A stretch of 64,000 nt of DNA from Octopus sinensis (GCF_006345805.1 NC_043007.1:2852001-2916000); one strand, 5' to 3'. Numbered from the stretch's first letter, positions 26,880 to 40,566 are shown. Numbers and translations: made by a program. The notes: generated from the sequence alone by a model not told the origin.

Positions 26880-26880
26880 A
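26655..26880. repeat. (TA)n/(GATA)n/(CA)n microsatellite
   Basis: Seen directly; an (ATAC)n tract lies nearby at 26300-26386. Confidence 0.92.
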
Positions 26881-27482
26881 ATGGCCAGTAAAGACTATTG
26901 GTTAACAAGTCTGCTTTTTAGACTCGCTAAATATGAGTCTCGGTTCGACCTATAGTTCGTGAGTGTGGATGAGTAGAGGAAAACGAACAGAAACTCGTTG
27001 GATTTCTAACAAACCTTAATCGAAAATAATACACACTTCCCACACGCTGGGTCACGTTTATTCCGCTTGCACCTATCTGTGGAATACTCAGTCATTAGAC
27101 ATTTATGAAATGAGTAGGTCATTCAGTAGATCACATAACTGAATGAGCATCGTGGAAAACGAACGATATTCACCCTCAGCTTCATCAAAATGTATATTTA
27201 GCAGCAACAGAGCCAGAATTTTACTCTATAACATATTTAACTTCTTTTTAACCCTTCTTGAAGGAATTCATTCAGGTATCAACGTCCTTCATTGTCGCGA
27301 TTTAAAATCGTCTTAATCGATAATACCTTCATTCCATCTGCTTGCTTTGGTTTCATTTGACATGTTCCCTTATATTGGATTGCGGTATATGAAACTATCA
27401 TAAAATGAAAATTCGAAATGTCGATAAAAATTTTCTTTGTCTTGAAAATGTGACAAAAGGTATTCCAAAGAATATTATTATA

Positions 27483-27887
27483 GGCGCAGGAGTGGCTGTG
27501 TGGTAAGTAGCTTGCTTACCAACCCCATGGTTCCAGGTTCAGTCCCACTGCGTGGCACCTTGGGCAAGTGTCTTCTACTATAGCCTTGGGCTGACCAAAG
27601 CCTTGTGAGTGGATTTGGTAGACGGAAACTGAAAGAAACCCGTCGTATATATGTATATGTATATATATATATGTATGTGTGTGTTTGTCCCCTCAACATC
27701 GCTTGACAACCGATGCTGGTGTGTTTACGTCCCTGTAAATTAGCTGTTTGGCAAAAGAGTCCGATAGAATAAGTACTAGGCTTACAAAGAATAAGTCCTG
27801 GGGTCGATTTGTTCGACTAAAGGTGGTGCTCCAGCATGGCCACAGTCAAATTACTGAAACAAGTAAAAGAGTAAAAGAATAAAAGAA
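27483..27887 (+). mobile_element. SINE family A, full length
   Basis: Head GGCGCAGGAGTGGCTGTGTGG through the GTAAAAGA tail. Confidence 0.93.
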
Positions 27888-28979
27888 AGACCATCCACTT
27901 GAAAATAAGATGCTGTATATTGTAAAACTTTCATCCATTCTAATGGCGGAATTTTCACAAAACCGCACAAAATACAGCATACGCTGTCATTTTTTGAATG
28001 ACGTCTGACATGTTCAGAGGCGTCAAAAACAAAGAAACAGTACACTGTTTCAGTAGCATCCAACAGTTTATTTAAACATGTATCAATAATATAAGACAAT
28101 TGTTTCCCTGCAATCAGATATGTTTGTCGAAATAGCTCCGACACTGTTGGTATTGTAAAATAAAATTAAACAAAAAACTACTCACATGCCTTTGCACGCC
28201 ATATAAACTGTAGAATTATTCTTTCCAGCTGATTTTGTAAAAACATTTCATGACTACATTGGTTTTTATTGATTTTTCATTGCTGTATTCATGCTATATA
28301 AGTTTCCTGTTAACTTTCTGAAAGAGTAAACACGGAATGTAAAAGAGCATTTATTTTTAGAAAACTAGCATTTTATTCAGTCCAATATCAAAACATTCCA
28401 AATAAAAAAAATATTTTTATAAAAGCAAAAACAATATACATAAGTAGTCGATATTGTAGAAATGTCTGTTTCCCATTCATTATCATTTATCAAAACGACA
28501 TACACGCACAATTCATAATGCATATACGCATTCACTTTAAGTATATCTGCGTGTATTTAATTATGTATGTATAAATGTGTGTGTGTGTGTATACATACAT
28601 ATGCGTTTGTGTGTGTGTGTGTGTGTGTTTGTAGAGTATTTGTTTGTGTGTGTTTCTGTAATATTGTTACGAAATACATACATAGAGAGATTCCGCATGT
28701 TTGCGTATCTTAAATAATACAATAAAACGTATTATAGTCAAAGCCAGAATGTTTGAGAAAGAACTTAATGAATTACATCCACCCCCGTAATATATATATA
28801 TATATATATAAATGTATGTGTGTGTGTGTCATAAAACTGACTCTCGGATTTGTTATACATCATTAGTCACAATGCGCTTTACATCGTTTTAGCTTTCGAA
28901 TGATGACATCCCGGCGGGTGGGCGAGCTTTCCAACATTACTTTGATGGGAAGGCTCCTCTGTGGTAGGGTTACCGATTT

Positions 28980-29430
28980 AAAGCTGAGTGGACTGGAGCA
29001 ACGTGAAATGAAGTATTTTGCTCAAGAACACAGCGTGTATCCGGTCAGGGAATTGAAACCAAGATCTCAAGATTGGGTGTGCGACAGCCTAACTACTAGG
29101 CAACGTGCCTTTCAGTCTTTAGAGGTCGATAAAATAAGTACCAGCTGGGTACAGGCTGGAGTCGATGTCATCCCGAAATTGCTGGCCTTGTGCCAAAACT
29201 TGAAACCAATATTTGGAATTCTTTAAGGCCGTGATCTGGCAGAATCGTTAGGAAACCAGACGAAATGCCCAGCAGTATTTCGTCTGCCTTTACGTTCTGA
29301 GTTCATATGTTCATATGTAGGCCGACTTCACTCTTCATTCTTCCGGGGTCGATAATATAAGTACCTGTTGAGTACCAGTCGCTCTAATCAACTTACTTTA
29401 CCCTCGAAGTTATTGGCCTTGTGCCACAAA
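28980..29430. mobile_element. Cluster of old SINE fragments (family C minus, then B-like plus)
   Basis: AGCTGAGTGGACTGGAGCAACGTGAAATGAAG..GCTCAAGAACAC matches 35260-35312; followed by degenerate B heads and cores. Confidence 0.7.
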
Positions 29431-30113
29431 ATTGTGTATAGAACTTAGTCTAAATGAAAATAAGCGAAAACTATGATTTTCAATGACAGCCTTACATGCA
29501 CTTTAAAGATGCCGTCACTAACATACCGAAGCAATTAAAATACTTTAATAACAATTTTCTTAGTTGTCATCTAAATTCCAATTATGAAAATTTTGTGTCA
29601 TTATTAGATACCGACCCCCTTCTTACCTTCAGGGAGAATTATAATATATAGAAAATCAGTTAAACCGTGCATAAATAGTCGTAGATGCTCACAGACAGGA
29701 ACGGGTTTATAAAAAAATCTGACCACGTGAGTGTTATAGAGATATAAAGGAGACAAAACAAATTAAGGATTTATTTTATTCGTAAATATAGACATGTGCT
29801 TGTTTTTCCACGTTAATGCGTTTAAATAATGAGTGTTCAATCCTTTAACTATTCACATATACGATTTTAATTTGCATAATTAATTTGCGCTTATATAAAA
29901 TACACCTCCACCATTAAAATTTCTCTCATTTGCATGCATGCACACGTACGGCAAATGAGCAACGAACATTTAATATCAGCTTAGTTGTAACTGTTTTTCG
30001 CATCACAATTATTTCAAAATATGCACATCCACTTTCTCAAACATACTCACTCTCTTTCTCTCTTTCGCTCTTATTTTCCCCCACTACTATCCTTTCCCCC
30101 ACTACTATCCTTT

Positions 30114-30154
<41 letters not shown>

Positions 30155-30772
30155 GTTTTCCTTCATTACAATGGCTATTTTCTCTCATAGTAAGTATATA
30201 TGCTTCATTATGAATACCAATTAATATTTTTATATAATTGGAAAATTATATACAATCATCTCGAAAAGATATTTCCGGCTACAAAGCAGCAACTGCTTGT
30301 GTGCAAATCTTTAGTCTACAATTAGAAAATATAGCTACATGTATGCATACCCACACATGCAAACATCCCATGCGCATGCACACACAGACACACACACACA
30401 CACACATATGGGGTTGAGATAAATTGTTATTGAATTGTAGTTGTCGTTGAATAACTCCAATGAAATATGTTCAGCTTCACTTTTTGTTCATCCAATCGTA
30501 TACTTACGTACATACATACGTTATTATTAAAGCTGCAGACACATCACACACAAAAAAATGCTACTCAGAGTTTCACGTTCACATTCGACGGGCAATCGTG
30601 ATTTAGAATGGAAAAAGAAATTGGTTGTACATATAATATATCATAATGCAATTCACATTGACAGATACACATTTGAATTTCATTGGTCGTTTCAACTAAC
30701 GGTATCCGAGTACTATTTTCCCACAATATATATTACAGTTATGCGTTTACTCTGAATATATGTATGAGATAT

Positions 30773-30827
<55 letters not shown>

Positions 30828-30836
30828 TGTATATAT

Positions 30837-31024
30837 TATAGAGGAGCTTTACAGGACTAGAACTGTTTCATTCAAAAGAAATCATCAGGAAGCTTCCTGA
30901 TGATTTCTTTTGAATGAACCAGTTCTAGTCCTGTAGAAGCTCCTTCTATAAAATAAACAAATTAATTTACTCTGCTATTATTGAGTACTTATTTACGGTT
31001 TTAACCCCGACTCAATCCGGGACC

Positions 31025-31025
<1 letters not shown>
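30837..31025. repeat. ~114-bp near-perfect palindrome (30837-30950) plus unique tail; Penelope-like pLTR relic with hammerhead-like core
   Basis: Centred on GGAAGCTTCC (30888-30897) with TCATCAG and CTGATGA either side; flanked by (TA)n. Confidence 0.8.
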
Positions 31026-31072
<47 letters not shown>

Positions 31073-31073
<1 letters not shown>

Positions 31074-31214
31074 TTTGTGTGCCTAGTACTTATCCTATCG
31101 GTCTCATTGACTCGAACCGCTAAGTTACAGGACGTAACACGCAAACATAGGTTGTCAAGCAATGATGGAAGGACAAACATATACACATGCACATATGTAT
31201 ATACACATACACAA

Positions 31215-31246
<32 letters not shown>

Positions 31247-31406
31247 GTATATGTATATACGACAGGCTTCTTTCAGTTTCCGTCTAACAAATCCACTGAC
31301 ATCGCTTCCCTCGGCCTGAGGCTCTAGTAGAAGACACTGGCCCAAGGTGTCACGCAGTGGGACTGAACCCGGAACCATGTGGTTGGGAAGTAAACTTCTT
31401 ACCACA
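31073..31406 (-). mobile_element. SINE family A, partial
   Basis: Reverse-complement match to the family A body. Confidence 0.85.
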
Positions 31407-31749
31407 CGGAGATTTGGCTGTTGTTTTGATAGATAATCGTGCATCCTATTGACACGACGCAAAATATTTTCTTTTATACCATATCCATAAATTGGGGAAA
31501 CAATTATGTGTTTATATATTCTAATATTCAGGTTTCTCCACAATTTACTATAAAAACACACCTTGTGATTTTATGGGAATATTATTTCACAGAAACCTCC
31601 TCCCACAGATGTTCACTTTCGCTTCAACATCATCAATATCACTTTGATCCATCCTTCCATAATAATTTTATCCCGTTTCTGTGCCGATGTAATTTGTATC
31701 AAACATCTTTTAAATATACAACTAACATCAACGTCATTATATTATATCT

Positions 31750-31882
31750 TATGTACATGCATATATATAACATATATATATATATATATATACACATAAT
31801 ATATATATATATATATATATATCTATATTATATATATACATACATACATACATATATATATATATATTAGATATATACATAC

Positions 31883-31913
<31 letters not shown>

Positions 31914-32040
31914 CGTACATATATATATATATTTACGTACATATATATACATACGTATATATATACGTACATTATATAATATATATATATATAGTATATA
32001 TTATATATATATACACACAAATACATATATACACACACAA
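31750..32040. repeat. (TA)n/(ATAC)n microsatellite
   Basis: Seen directly; further tracts at 32560-32930. Confidence 0.92.
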
Positions 32041-32559
32041 AGATAGACAGAGTGGTGGATGATCCCACCTCCATAAAAAAATCAAATCATGGACGCTTTA
32101 AATTCATAACGGATATAAGTGGGCTGGAAATAATTTCGAAATGTAAGCTATTAAGAACATACGATCAATTTATTATTAATAAAAAATAAAGGTCTTTTAT
32201 GGAGAAAACATGAAATATCAAAATTATTTAATAACACATGATTTTAGCTTTAACTACATCATGAATATTTCATTAGAGTGTCACACACTTTTTTTTGTCC
32301 TTTATTCTAAATATTTTTTTCACAGGACACAAGTTGTAGTTAAATATTTCTAATTACAATCACATAATCATAGATTTGAACATAGGGTATCGTTCCTTAA
32401 GCGAGTCTTTTCTACTTTAGTGTTTGTGTGAACAATACATTCGCAATAGAAATCCGTAAATGGAACGGCGTAATGTCACCTACATACTCTCACACACAAA
32501 GCGCCATATGCATATACATAAAGCTATATACGTACATACACTTACACAAGGCTTCTTCT

Positions 32560-32606
<47 letters not shown>

Positions 32607-32747
32607 TGTGTGTGAGTGTGTGTGAGTGTGTGTGTGTATCAGCACAGGTATAATTCTTTTTCCAAAATAAACTGTGCTTCATATTGAATATTATATATAT
32701 ATATATATAATTATAAATATTATATGTATATATATATATATACATAC

Positions 32748-32785
<38 letters not shown>

Positions 32786-33613
32786 TATATGTATGTATGT
32801 ATGTTTGTATTACACGCACATATATAAGTACTTGTATTAATATTTCACCTGTGTCTATGTGAGTGAGCGTGTGTAATCGTGTGTGTATGTGTATGTGTGT
32901 GTACGTGTGTGTGTGTGTACATATAGAGACAGACAGACAGATGAATGCATAGAGAGAGATACAGATTTGTACAAAGAAGCCAACCGATTAGAAAATCGAA
33001 CTTTTCTTCGATGGTATGAAATAAACAGTTTCTTCTTATTTATATTATAAACATCTATCATTCACCTAAACATAAGGTGACAAGCAGTTTTCTCAAAACT
33101 CTTCTATTGAAACATTTATTAATTATACAAAATCTTGTTTTCCCTGAAATCAATTAAAAATTTCTTGACTGCTGTTAGAGAAGCCACGTTTTTCCAGCAT
33201 GTAGCACATATATTTTTCTAGCATAAATACAATAACTTCAAGAATATATAGAATATTCTTCATGGTAAAATAATTTCAATAAAAGGCAAAAATAAGCGAA
33301 AACAGGCAAAAATGAAATATAGATAATTTTACAAGAAGGAAGTTTGGTCTTCACACAAGTCGAGATAATTCGAACTTTCTAAGAGCTATCTGCTTATTTC
33401 TTTTCTTTTAGAAGTTAACTAGGAATTCACCAAACACCCTGTAATTATATTCTGTTGTCGGAATAATAAGTGTTGACTTCCGATGTGGTTGTTACAAATA
33501 TGTTCGTTGCACACTTTAGATAATAAGAATTACATTTCTGTATTTTAGCGATTGAAGTCAAGTCAATACATTGCTAGATAATTTTGCCAATAGTCCTCGA
33601 GCCATCCACACAC

Positions 33614-33646
<33 letters not shown>

Positions 33647-34076
33647 TGGTGCGTGCGCGTTTGTGAGTGTATTGAAGGAATCGCATGAGGTTTATGTGTC
33701 TGTGACGTGTAGCAGTATGTGGGTGTCTTGACTGCATATATTAGTGAGATGTGTAACCGATGGCGGCACTTTACATCAGTAGCCATATAAAATGACCTAC
33801 ATTCTTAAATAACGCAAAGTATTTTTACTGTGAACATTAAATATCTACAAGACATTATCAAACAATGGACATTAGGTGTAGACGTGTGAATATGAGTCTG
33901 TGTCTGTTCGCAATAGCAATTTCTGTATGATACCCAATGCAAAGTTAACTGCAGTATTTGTCCGGGGGTAATATCTCTTAAGAAAGCACTGTGCTAAATA
34001 ACACATCCAAATACATTTAAAAAATTGAGCAAAATAATTTAAAACTGGGTATACACACAGACACACACAGACACAT

Positions 34077-34107
<31 letters not shown>

Positions 34108-34280
34108 TGCACACACACATGCAAAGTGAGACTGGATGAGAGAGAGAGAGAGAAGCAAGGAAACAGATGATCTGAGAATTTCAGAAATAACAGCAGTAAA
34201 ACAGTATCTCTATGTGAATATATCCCTGTACATATTTATGTATGAATGTATGTATGCATGTATGAATGTGCTTGTGTATA

Positions 34281-34312
<32 letters not shown>

Positions 34313-35065
34313 TAGTATATCAGTAGCATAGTCAAACCATCCAGCGGGAATTATAGATGCACATTTTTACCCGCAAGCATTCAGATTTCAAGCCAAAGTC
34401 TGTCGTCAGTGAGATAAGAAAACAGTAACAGAAAAATCACTGATGATGCCATTTGCCTGCCGGTTGCCTAAATTTCGTTATGTGCAGCTGAAGCAGTGTT
34501 CGAATGAAATAGTAACCTGTGTATCAAACTTAATGGAAATACATTTTGGAAAGCCAAATTAACTGCTGGATAGTTTTCGTCTGCTTCTGATATATTTGTT
34601 TGCCGTCTGACATATCACGTCAATATGTGATATCATCTCCGAACGAATACCACAGTTAATTTGGATTTCAGAATTGTATTATTAAAAAAACGTTAATTCA
34701 GCTGGCTCGCTAATTGCATCCTCATTGATTTTCTAATCATTGTTTTCCTGCAACACCCGAAAGCACTCACCCCTATTTTACTAAGCCGTGCCAAAATGCT
34801 ATTCATATTAAAATATGAATAGAATAGAATTTTGGCTCCTCCGCATTCTTTTGATATGGCTGTTTTGGATTACGATATTTTTCGATTGCTCTCCAACAGT
34901 TTTCGAGGCGTTTCGTTAAAAAAAACCGTGAAGCTGAGGATAATAGCGGAACTTTAGCATGAAGTAGTAAGAAACGTACATAATTATACAATAGACTGAT
35001 TTATGATAGATATTGATTAGAATTAAGGATTAAAATAAATAGGAAGAATGAAAGAATACATATGC

Positions 35066-35322
35066 TGAGACCCCCTTCGGTCATGACTGACCATGGGATT
35101 GCATCTAGTTAGCCTCCCAGGGAGAAGACCAAGCAAGGTTGTTTATGGAGGACCAGCAGTCTCCCATGCATACCAACTTCCCCTCTTCACTGATGTTATC
35201 CAAGGGAAAGGCAAAGGGGCCGATACAGCTTGGCACCAGTGACGTCGCAGCTCATTTCTACAGCTGAGTGAACTGGAGCAACGTGAAATAAAGTGTCTTG
35301 CTCAAGAACACTACATGCAGCC
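35066..35322 (-). mobile_element. SINE family C fragment (cephalopod-SINE-like central domain)
   Basis: Minus strand reads GTGTTCTTGAGCAAGACACTTTATTTCACGTTGCTCCAGTTCACTCAGCTG, then GCCAAGCTGTATCGGCCCCTTTGCCTTTCCCTTGGATAAC. Related fragments at 28980 and ~47630. Family name is from recall. Confidence 0.65.
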
Positions 35323-35345
35323 CTCTCTCTCTCTCTCTCTCTCTC

Positions 35346-35386
<41 letters not shown>

Positions 35387-35602
35387 TATATAATATATAT
35401 ATATATATATATACGTATGTATATACACGTATATATATAGTATATATATGTATATATATATATATGTAGATAATATATATATATATATACATATATTATA
35501 TATATATATATAGATTATATATATATACACACACGTATATCTTTACGTATTACACATACACGTTCGGGCTGTGTATATCTATCTATCTATCTCTTTCCTG
35601 TG

Positions 35603-35635
<33 letters not shown>

Positions 35636-35734
35636 ATATAAGCATGCATACACACACACACACACACACGCGCAAATATATATACATATAATATATATAT
35701 ATATATATATACTTATATATCTACGTATACATAC

Positions 35735-35767
<33 letters not shown>

Positions 35768-35827
35768 TAGGGAGAGAGAGAGAGAGAGAGAGAGAGAAAC
35801 ACACATACACACATATATATATACACG

Positions 35828-35858
<31 letters not shown>

Positions 35859-35865
35859 ATATTTC
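35323..35865. repeat. Compound (CT)n/(TA)n/(CA)n/(GA)n microsatellite
   Basis: Seen directly. Confidence 0.93.
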
Positions 35866-36269
35866 TGTGCCAGATACACAAGCACACACAAACATACACA
35901 AAGGGTCTGTATGTCTGATTCACTTAAATCTGATCCATTCCTTCCTGTTTCCCGACTTTGCTAAATATAGACGACTGCGTGGGAACACATCATCCACTTC
36001 ATAACCAATTTTGTCAGATGAAAATAAAGATTCTTTGAAGCCCGAAGAATGGAATTGATATAACATTGTTAAATGTAGGAATTAGAATGAAATGAGTGTG
36101 TGGCATTATCATTTAGACAGTTCTGGAGTTATGAATTATGCAGGGATCGCCAAAGCATTGAGAAATAACAATCTTAAAAATAGCTTCTTTTACTGTAAAT
36201 ATTTTTACTAAAAGGTCAGGCATCTTTGATCAAATTATTTCTCACACTGTAAGTTTCTGTGTTGTTCTT

Positions 36270-36605
36270 AGTGTTGGTGGTGGTGGTGGTGGTGGTGGTG
36301 GTAGTGGTGGTAGTAATGATGATGGTGTCGGTGGCAAGGATGGTCATGATAAAGATGCGGGGATCATAAGGGAAATTTTTATGATGATACAGGTGTTGCA
36401 AATGATGGCGAAGGTTGAGGCGGTGGCGACGACAATAATGACGATGGTGGTGATAATGATGACTATAATGATGATTGTGAAGCTTGTTGGTGGCTGTGGT
36501 GTCGTTGGTGATACTGATGTCATCGTCATCGTCATCATCACCAAGATATATGGTGGTGGTGGTGGTGGTGTTGCCGGCGGTGATGGGGTTGTTAAAGGTG
36601 AAGAT
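36270..36605. repeat. Degenerate (GGT)n/(GAT)n trinucleotide region
   Basis: Seen directly; explains the Thr/Pro/Gly-rich spurious ORFs. Confidence 0.8.
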
Positions 36606-36712
36606 AATGTTTGTCTTCTATGAGAACTGACCAAGTAACATTCCAACACTCAAACAGAATTAGAAGACTTTGTCCTTCTTCAAGCAAGTCGTTCGCCAAA
36701 ATAGTTTATTCC

Positions 36713-36758
<46 letters not shown>

Positions 36759-36763
36759 TTGTA

Positions 36764-37166
36764 GGCGCAGGAGTGGCTGTGTGGTAAGTAGCTTGTTTAA
36801 CAACCACATGGTTCCGGGTTCAGTCCCACTGCGTGGCAACTTGGGGAACTGTCTTCTACTAAGCCTCAGGCCGACCAAAGCCTTGTGAGTGTATTTGGTA
36901 GACGGAAACCGAAAGAAGACCGTCGTATATATGTATATATATGCGTGTGTGTGTTTGTGTATCTGTGTTTGTTCCCCTAGAATTGCTTGACAACCAATGC
37001 TGGTGTGTTTATGTCCCCGTTACTTAGCGGTTCGGCAAAAGAGACCGATAGAATAAGTACTGGGCTTACAAAAGAATAAGTCCCGTGGTCGAGTTGCTCG
37101 ATTAAAGGCGGTGCTCCAGCATGGCCGCAGTCAAATGACTGAAACAAGTAAAAGAGTAAAAGAGTA
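36764..37166 (+). mobile_element. SINE family A, full length
   Basis: Complete head to tail. Confidence 0.93.
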
Positions 37167-37483
37167 ATATATATATTCATGATTGTCGCCAAGTCGATTT
37201 CGAGTAGAGCCATTGTCTGATTTCTTTATGGCCTAGAATATCATCGATGAGCTGCACAAATACGGCTTTTGAGGCCTGCCAAATTCTTGCCAGCTTTTCG
37301 GCAATTAGTGCAAGAAAACTTGGTGATTGTATAGTTTACAGCTCTATGAACTTTACTATGATTTTCAGGCCACTTTTTGACATACTTTATGACAGATTAT
37401 GCATTCGAAATCGTTTGTCCATCGATAATCGATGACCGGTTGTGCAACGTATGATTTGATATGCCTCTTTAGCCCAGCCTTCA

Positions 37484-37905
37484 TAATCATCATCGTTCGA
37501 CCGTGGTCGAGACAATGGAATTTACCATGCTACGCCAGACTTCACGGTCCATCATGGCATTACGTAGGTCCTGTCGCTAGGTGCCTGTATCCCTGGAGAT
37601 TACATCAGGGTAGGAGAGTGTGCGCCCTCTGGTATCGCGAGCAGATGGCTCCCAGAAGAGAAGAGTAGAAATCACCTCTTTTTCAGCTCTACAACAACGT
37701 TCAGCAAACTGGACTCTCCTACCTTTCACAAGAGATTACACAGGTGGTAATTTCCCATATATTTGCATTTTGGTTGGCTGATGCTTCCACGAGAGATTTT
37801 GAGCTCTCATAAGGAGGCGAGTGTAGGTTGCATCCAACCGTCTCTCAAGCTTCTTTGATAACGTCCAGGTTTCTGAGCCATATAGTAGAATTGGTTCGAC
37901 TACTA
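37484..37905 (-). mobile_element. 5'-truncated RTE-clade LINE 3' end
   Basis: VVEPILLYGSETWTLSKKLERRLDATYTRLLMRAQNLSWK is a typical RTE post-RT region. Ends in a short (GAT)n tail; its last ~80 bp recur at 58292-58369. Confidence 0.88.
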
Positions 37906-37929
37906 TAACAAACCTTTCCACATTCATCA

Positions 37930-38466
37930 CACGTAAGATCATCACGTTCTTTAATGCTTGTCAGAACATCATTCCTGTCACATTTTTCTTTCTTTCCATC
38001 TTTGCATGCTTCATTCTCTGCCTTTCAAATGCACTTTCGCCTTTATACACAACTTTTTTGCCATTTTTCTCGGCAATGCGCTCATCCTTCCCAGTTGTCA
38101 ATTGGAACATTTATCTTATTCAATCCCGACTTCAGACAGTCTTTGTACCTAATCTTTGGACGCTTACTTTTCACCAATTTTCTTCAAAAATTTTGTTTAG
38201 GGATTCTGTAGTCTGGCATTCTGACTAAGAGTCCACTCCATCTCAGTCTGTACTGCAATAGCAAAGCTTCAATACTGCCGCATTTCCCTCTTTCGAGTAC
38301 CTTATTGTCACTCACAAGCATTTTCCAGCTGATCCTTAAAATCCTTCTGAGTTATTCTTGATGAAAACTTTCCATAAGTTTTAAGTGTTTACGATACACA
38401 CTCCAGGTTTCGCAAGCATAAAACAAAGAAGTTACGGTACATGTATTGTACATCTTCATCTTTGTA
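37930..38466 (-). mobile_element. Second RTE (BovB-like) LINE 3' fragment, decayed
   Basis: KMKMYNTCTVTSLFYACETWSVYRKHLKLMESFHQE*LRRILRISWK..VSDNKVLER resembles the BovB/RTE LLYACETW..FHQRCLRRIL motif. Confidence 0.8.
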
Positions 38467-38551
38467 CACACATACATATATATGTATATATATTTTTTAT
38501 ATAATATATTTAATAGATATATGTATATATGTGCACATATACATACGTATA

Positions 38552-38766
38552 TGTAGTTAATCCAAACAAGAAAGCACAAAAAAACACAACAACGCGAGGA
38601 CGTGGAACAAATATAGTATTATTGGACACTCAGGAAAGAAGGAAAGAAGGAGGGTTTAACGTTTTGAGCGGAGCTCTTCGTCGGAAACATAGGAGAAGGA
38701 AAGATCCAGAGAAGGGAAGACAGAGGAAAGAAAATCGCCAACGGTACACACGAGGTCACACGAGGT

Positions 38767-38770
<4 letters not shown>
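38552..38770 (-). mobile_element. Penelope-like pLTR fragment with variant minimal hammerhead (38654-38688)
   Basis: Minus strand GTTT-CCGACGA-A-GAGC-TCC-GCTC-AAAAC-GTT-AAAC: stem I, stem II and palindromic AACGTT are present; core positions are mutated. Confidence 0.55.
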
Positions 38771-38803
<33 letters not shown>

Positions 38804-38959
38804 CAGGTACCAGAAATGTACGCTTTCTCCACGCGTGACGCAAACATGACTGAGGAAGCGAGGGGACAAAATGTATCGCTTACAATTTACGACAGGGTTT
38901 CTTAACATATTAGAATGTTAACGGGAGACGGGAGAGTTTGAAGGATAAGTAGGCAACAT

Positions 38960-38999
38960 TATAAAGGGTTCGGCAACTACATGTTGTTGCCGTAGCAAC
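38960..38999. promoter_or_regulatory. TATAAA plus RFX X-box-like motif
   Basis: TATAAA at 38960-38965. GTTGCCGTAGCAAC at 38986-38999 fits GTNRCC-N(0-3)-RGYAAC. It lies in a CpG-bearing unique segment. Confidence 0.35.
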
Positions 39000-39079
39000 A
39001 ATTTTTAGGAAAAGCCCATACACGTGTTTCATAACTCTACATATATTAGACATTATTCATATCTATAGTTTTTTTGTTT

Positions 39080-39481
39080 TTTTTACTTGTTTCAGTCATT
39101 TGACTGCAGCCATGCTGGAGAACCGCCTTTAGTCGAGCAAATCGACACCAGGACTTATTCTTTGTAAGCCTAGTACTTATTCTATCGGTCTCTTTTGCCG
39201 AACCGCTAAGTTACGGAGACGCAAACACACCAGCATCGGTTGTCAGGCAATGTTGGTGGGACAAACACAGACACACAAACACACACACACACACACATAT
39301 GTATATATACATATATACGACGAGCTTCTATCAGTTTCCGTCTACCAAATCCACTCACAAGGCTTTGGTCGGCCCGAGGCTATAGCAGGAAACACTTGCC
39401 CAAGGTGCCACGCAGTGGGGCTGAACCCAGAAACCATGTGGTTGGTAAGTAAGCTACTTATCACACAGCCACTCCTGCGCC
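39080..39481 (-). mobile_element. SINE family A, full length
   Basis: Reverse-complement match from head to tail. Confidence 0.93.
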
Positions 39482-40243
39482 ATAGTATTAAGAAAGTAAA
39501 AGCAGCGAACTAGCATAACTGTGCCGTGCAAAATGCATAGCGACATTTGGCCCGTATTTACACCCTGGGTTCAAATTTCCGATGAAGTCGACTGTGCCTT
39601 TCGTCAATTCGATATCGAAAAAATGAATAGCAGTTGAGCACTGGGGCCGATGGAATCAACTAAGTCCCTCCCACAAAATCTCACACTTACTGACTATAAC
39701 ATAAAGAATTATAAAGAAAGTTATGTAAGAAATAGCTTCCAGTATTGTTGGAAGTTGAATAAGTTGAGCCTCAACCTAAAAGTCAAAGAGATGAGTTTAG
39801 ATGTTTTATTGCGATTAATTCAGCAAGTCATAACCTTATGTCCTCACTTTGAGTTCTGTTATCTGAGACAGACATTTTCTTCGGTGAAGCTGCCATAAAT
39901 TCAAAGCAACTAAAATCAGGGGTTATAAAAGATTCTTCGCTGCTATAAAAATTGACACTTCGATATGGTCATTACGTTCTTGTTTCAGTGGAACCACAGC
40001 GGTCCAAATAAGACGCCTCGGTCACATAAAGAAAGTGATACATAAGACTTGGTCTATATGGAATATAATGGAATATACTGATGTGAAATTGGATTCTTTT
40101 ATTTTCGGAATATTTCTTATGTTGTACATTCGGTAAGATAATTATTGTAGGTTTGAACTTCTTAAAACTAATACGCGACAACATAACACTGAAACAATAT
40201 ATACCCATTAGGATTCTATTCAACAGAATGTATTTTGAACAAG

Positions 40244-40285
<42 letters not shown>

Positions 40286-40349
40286 TATAATTGTAGATAT
40301 TAGTATATATATTAGATATGAATACACATGTAAATATGTATATCTATGG

Positions 40350-40387
<38 letters not shown>

Positions 40388-40511
40388 CATATACATACGT
40401 TAACGTATATATATATATATATATATAATGCATATACATACGTTAACGTATATATATATAATGTATATATTTATGTTTATGTTAATGTGTCTATCTATCT
40501 ATCTATCTATC

Positions 40512-40566
<55 letters not shown>

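Noticed and set aside
27851-28144. 97-aa minus ORF and a nearby 22-nt micro-exon candidate (~28186-28207)
   Set aside because: The ORF ends in a SINE tail, acceptors are weak and no motif was recognised.
34440-34500. CTGATGA motif at ~34440
   Set aside because: No downstream GAAAC or supporting stems; chance heptamer.
36344-36649. Pro/Thr-rich ORF with hydrophobic stretch resembling a membrane mucin
   Set aside because: Arises from degenerate GGT/GAT trinucleotide repeats.
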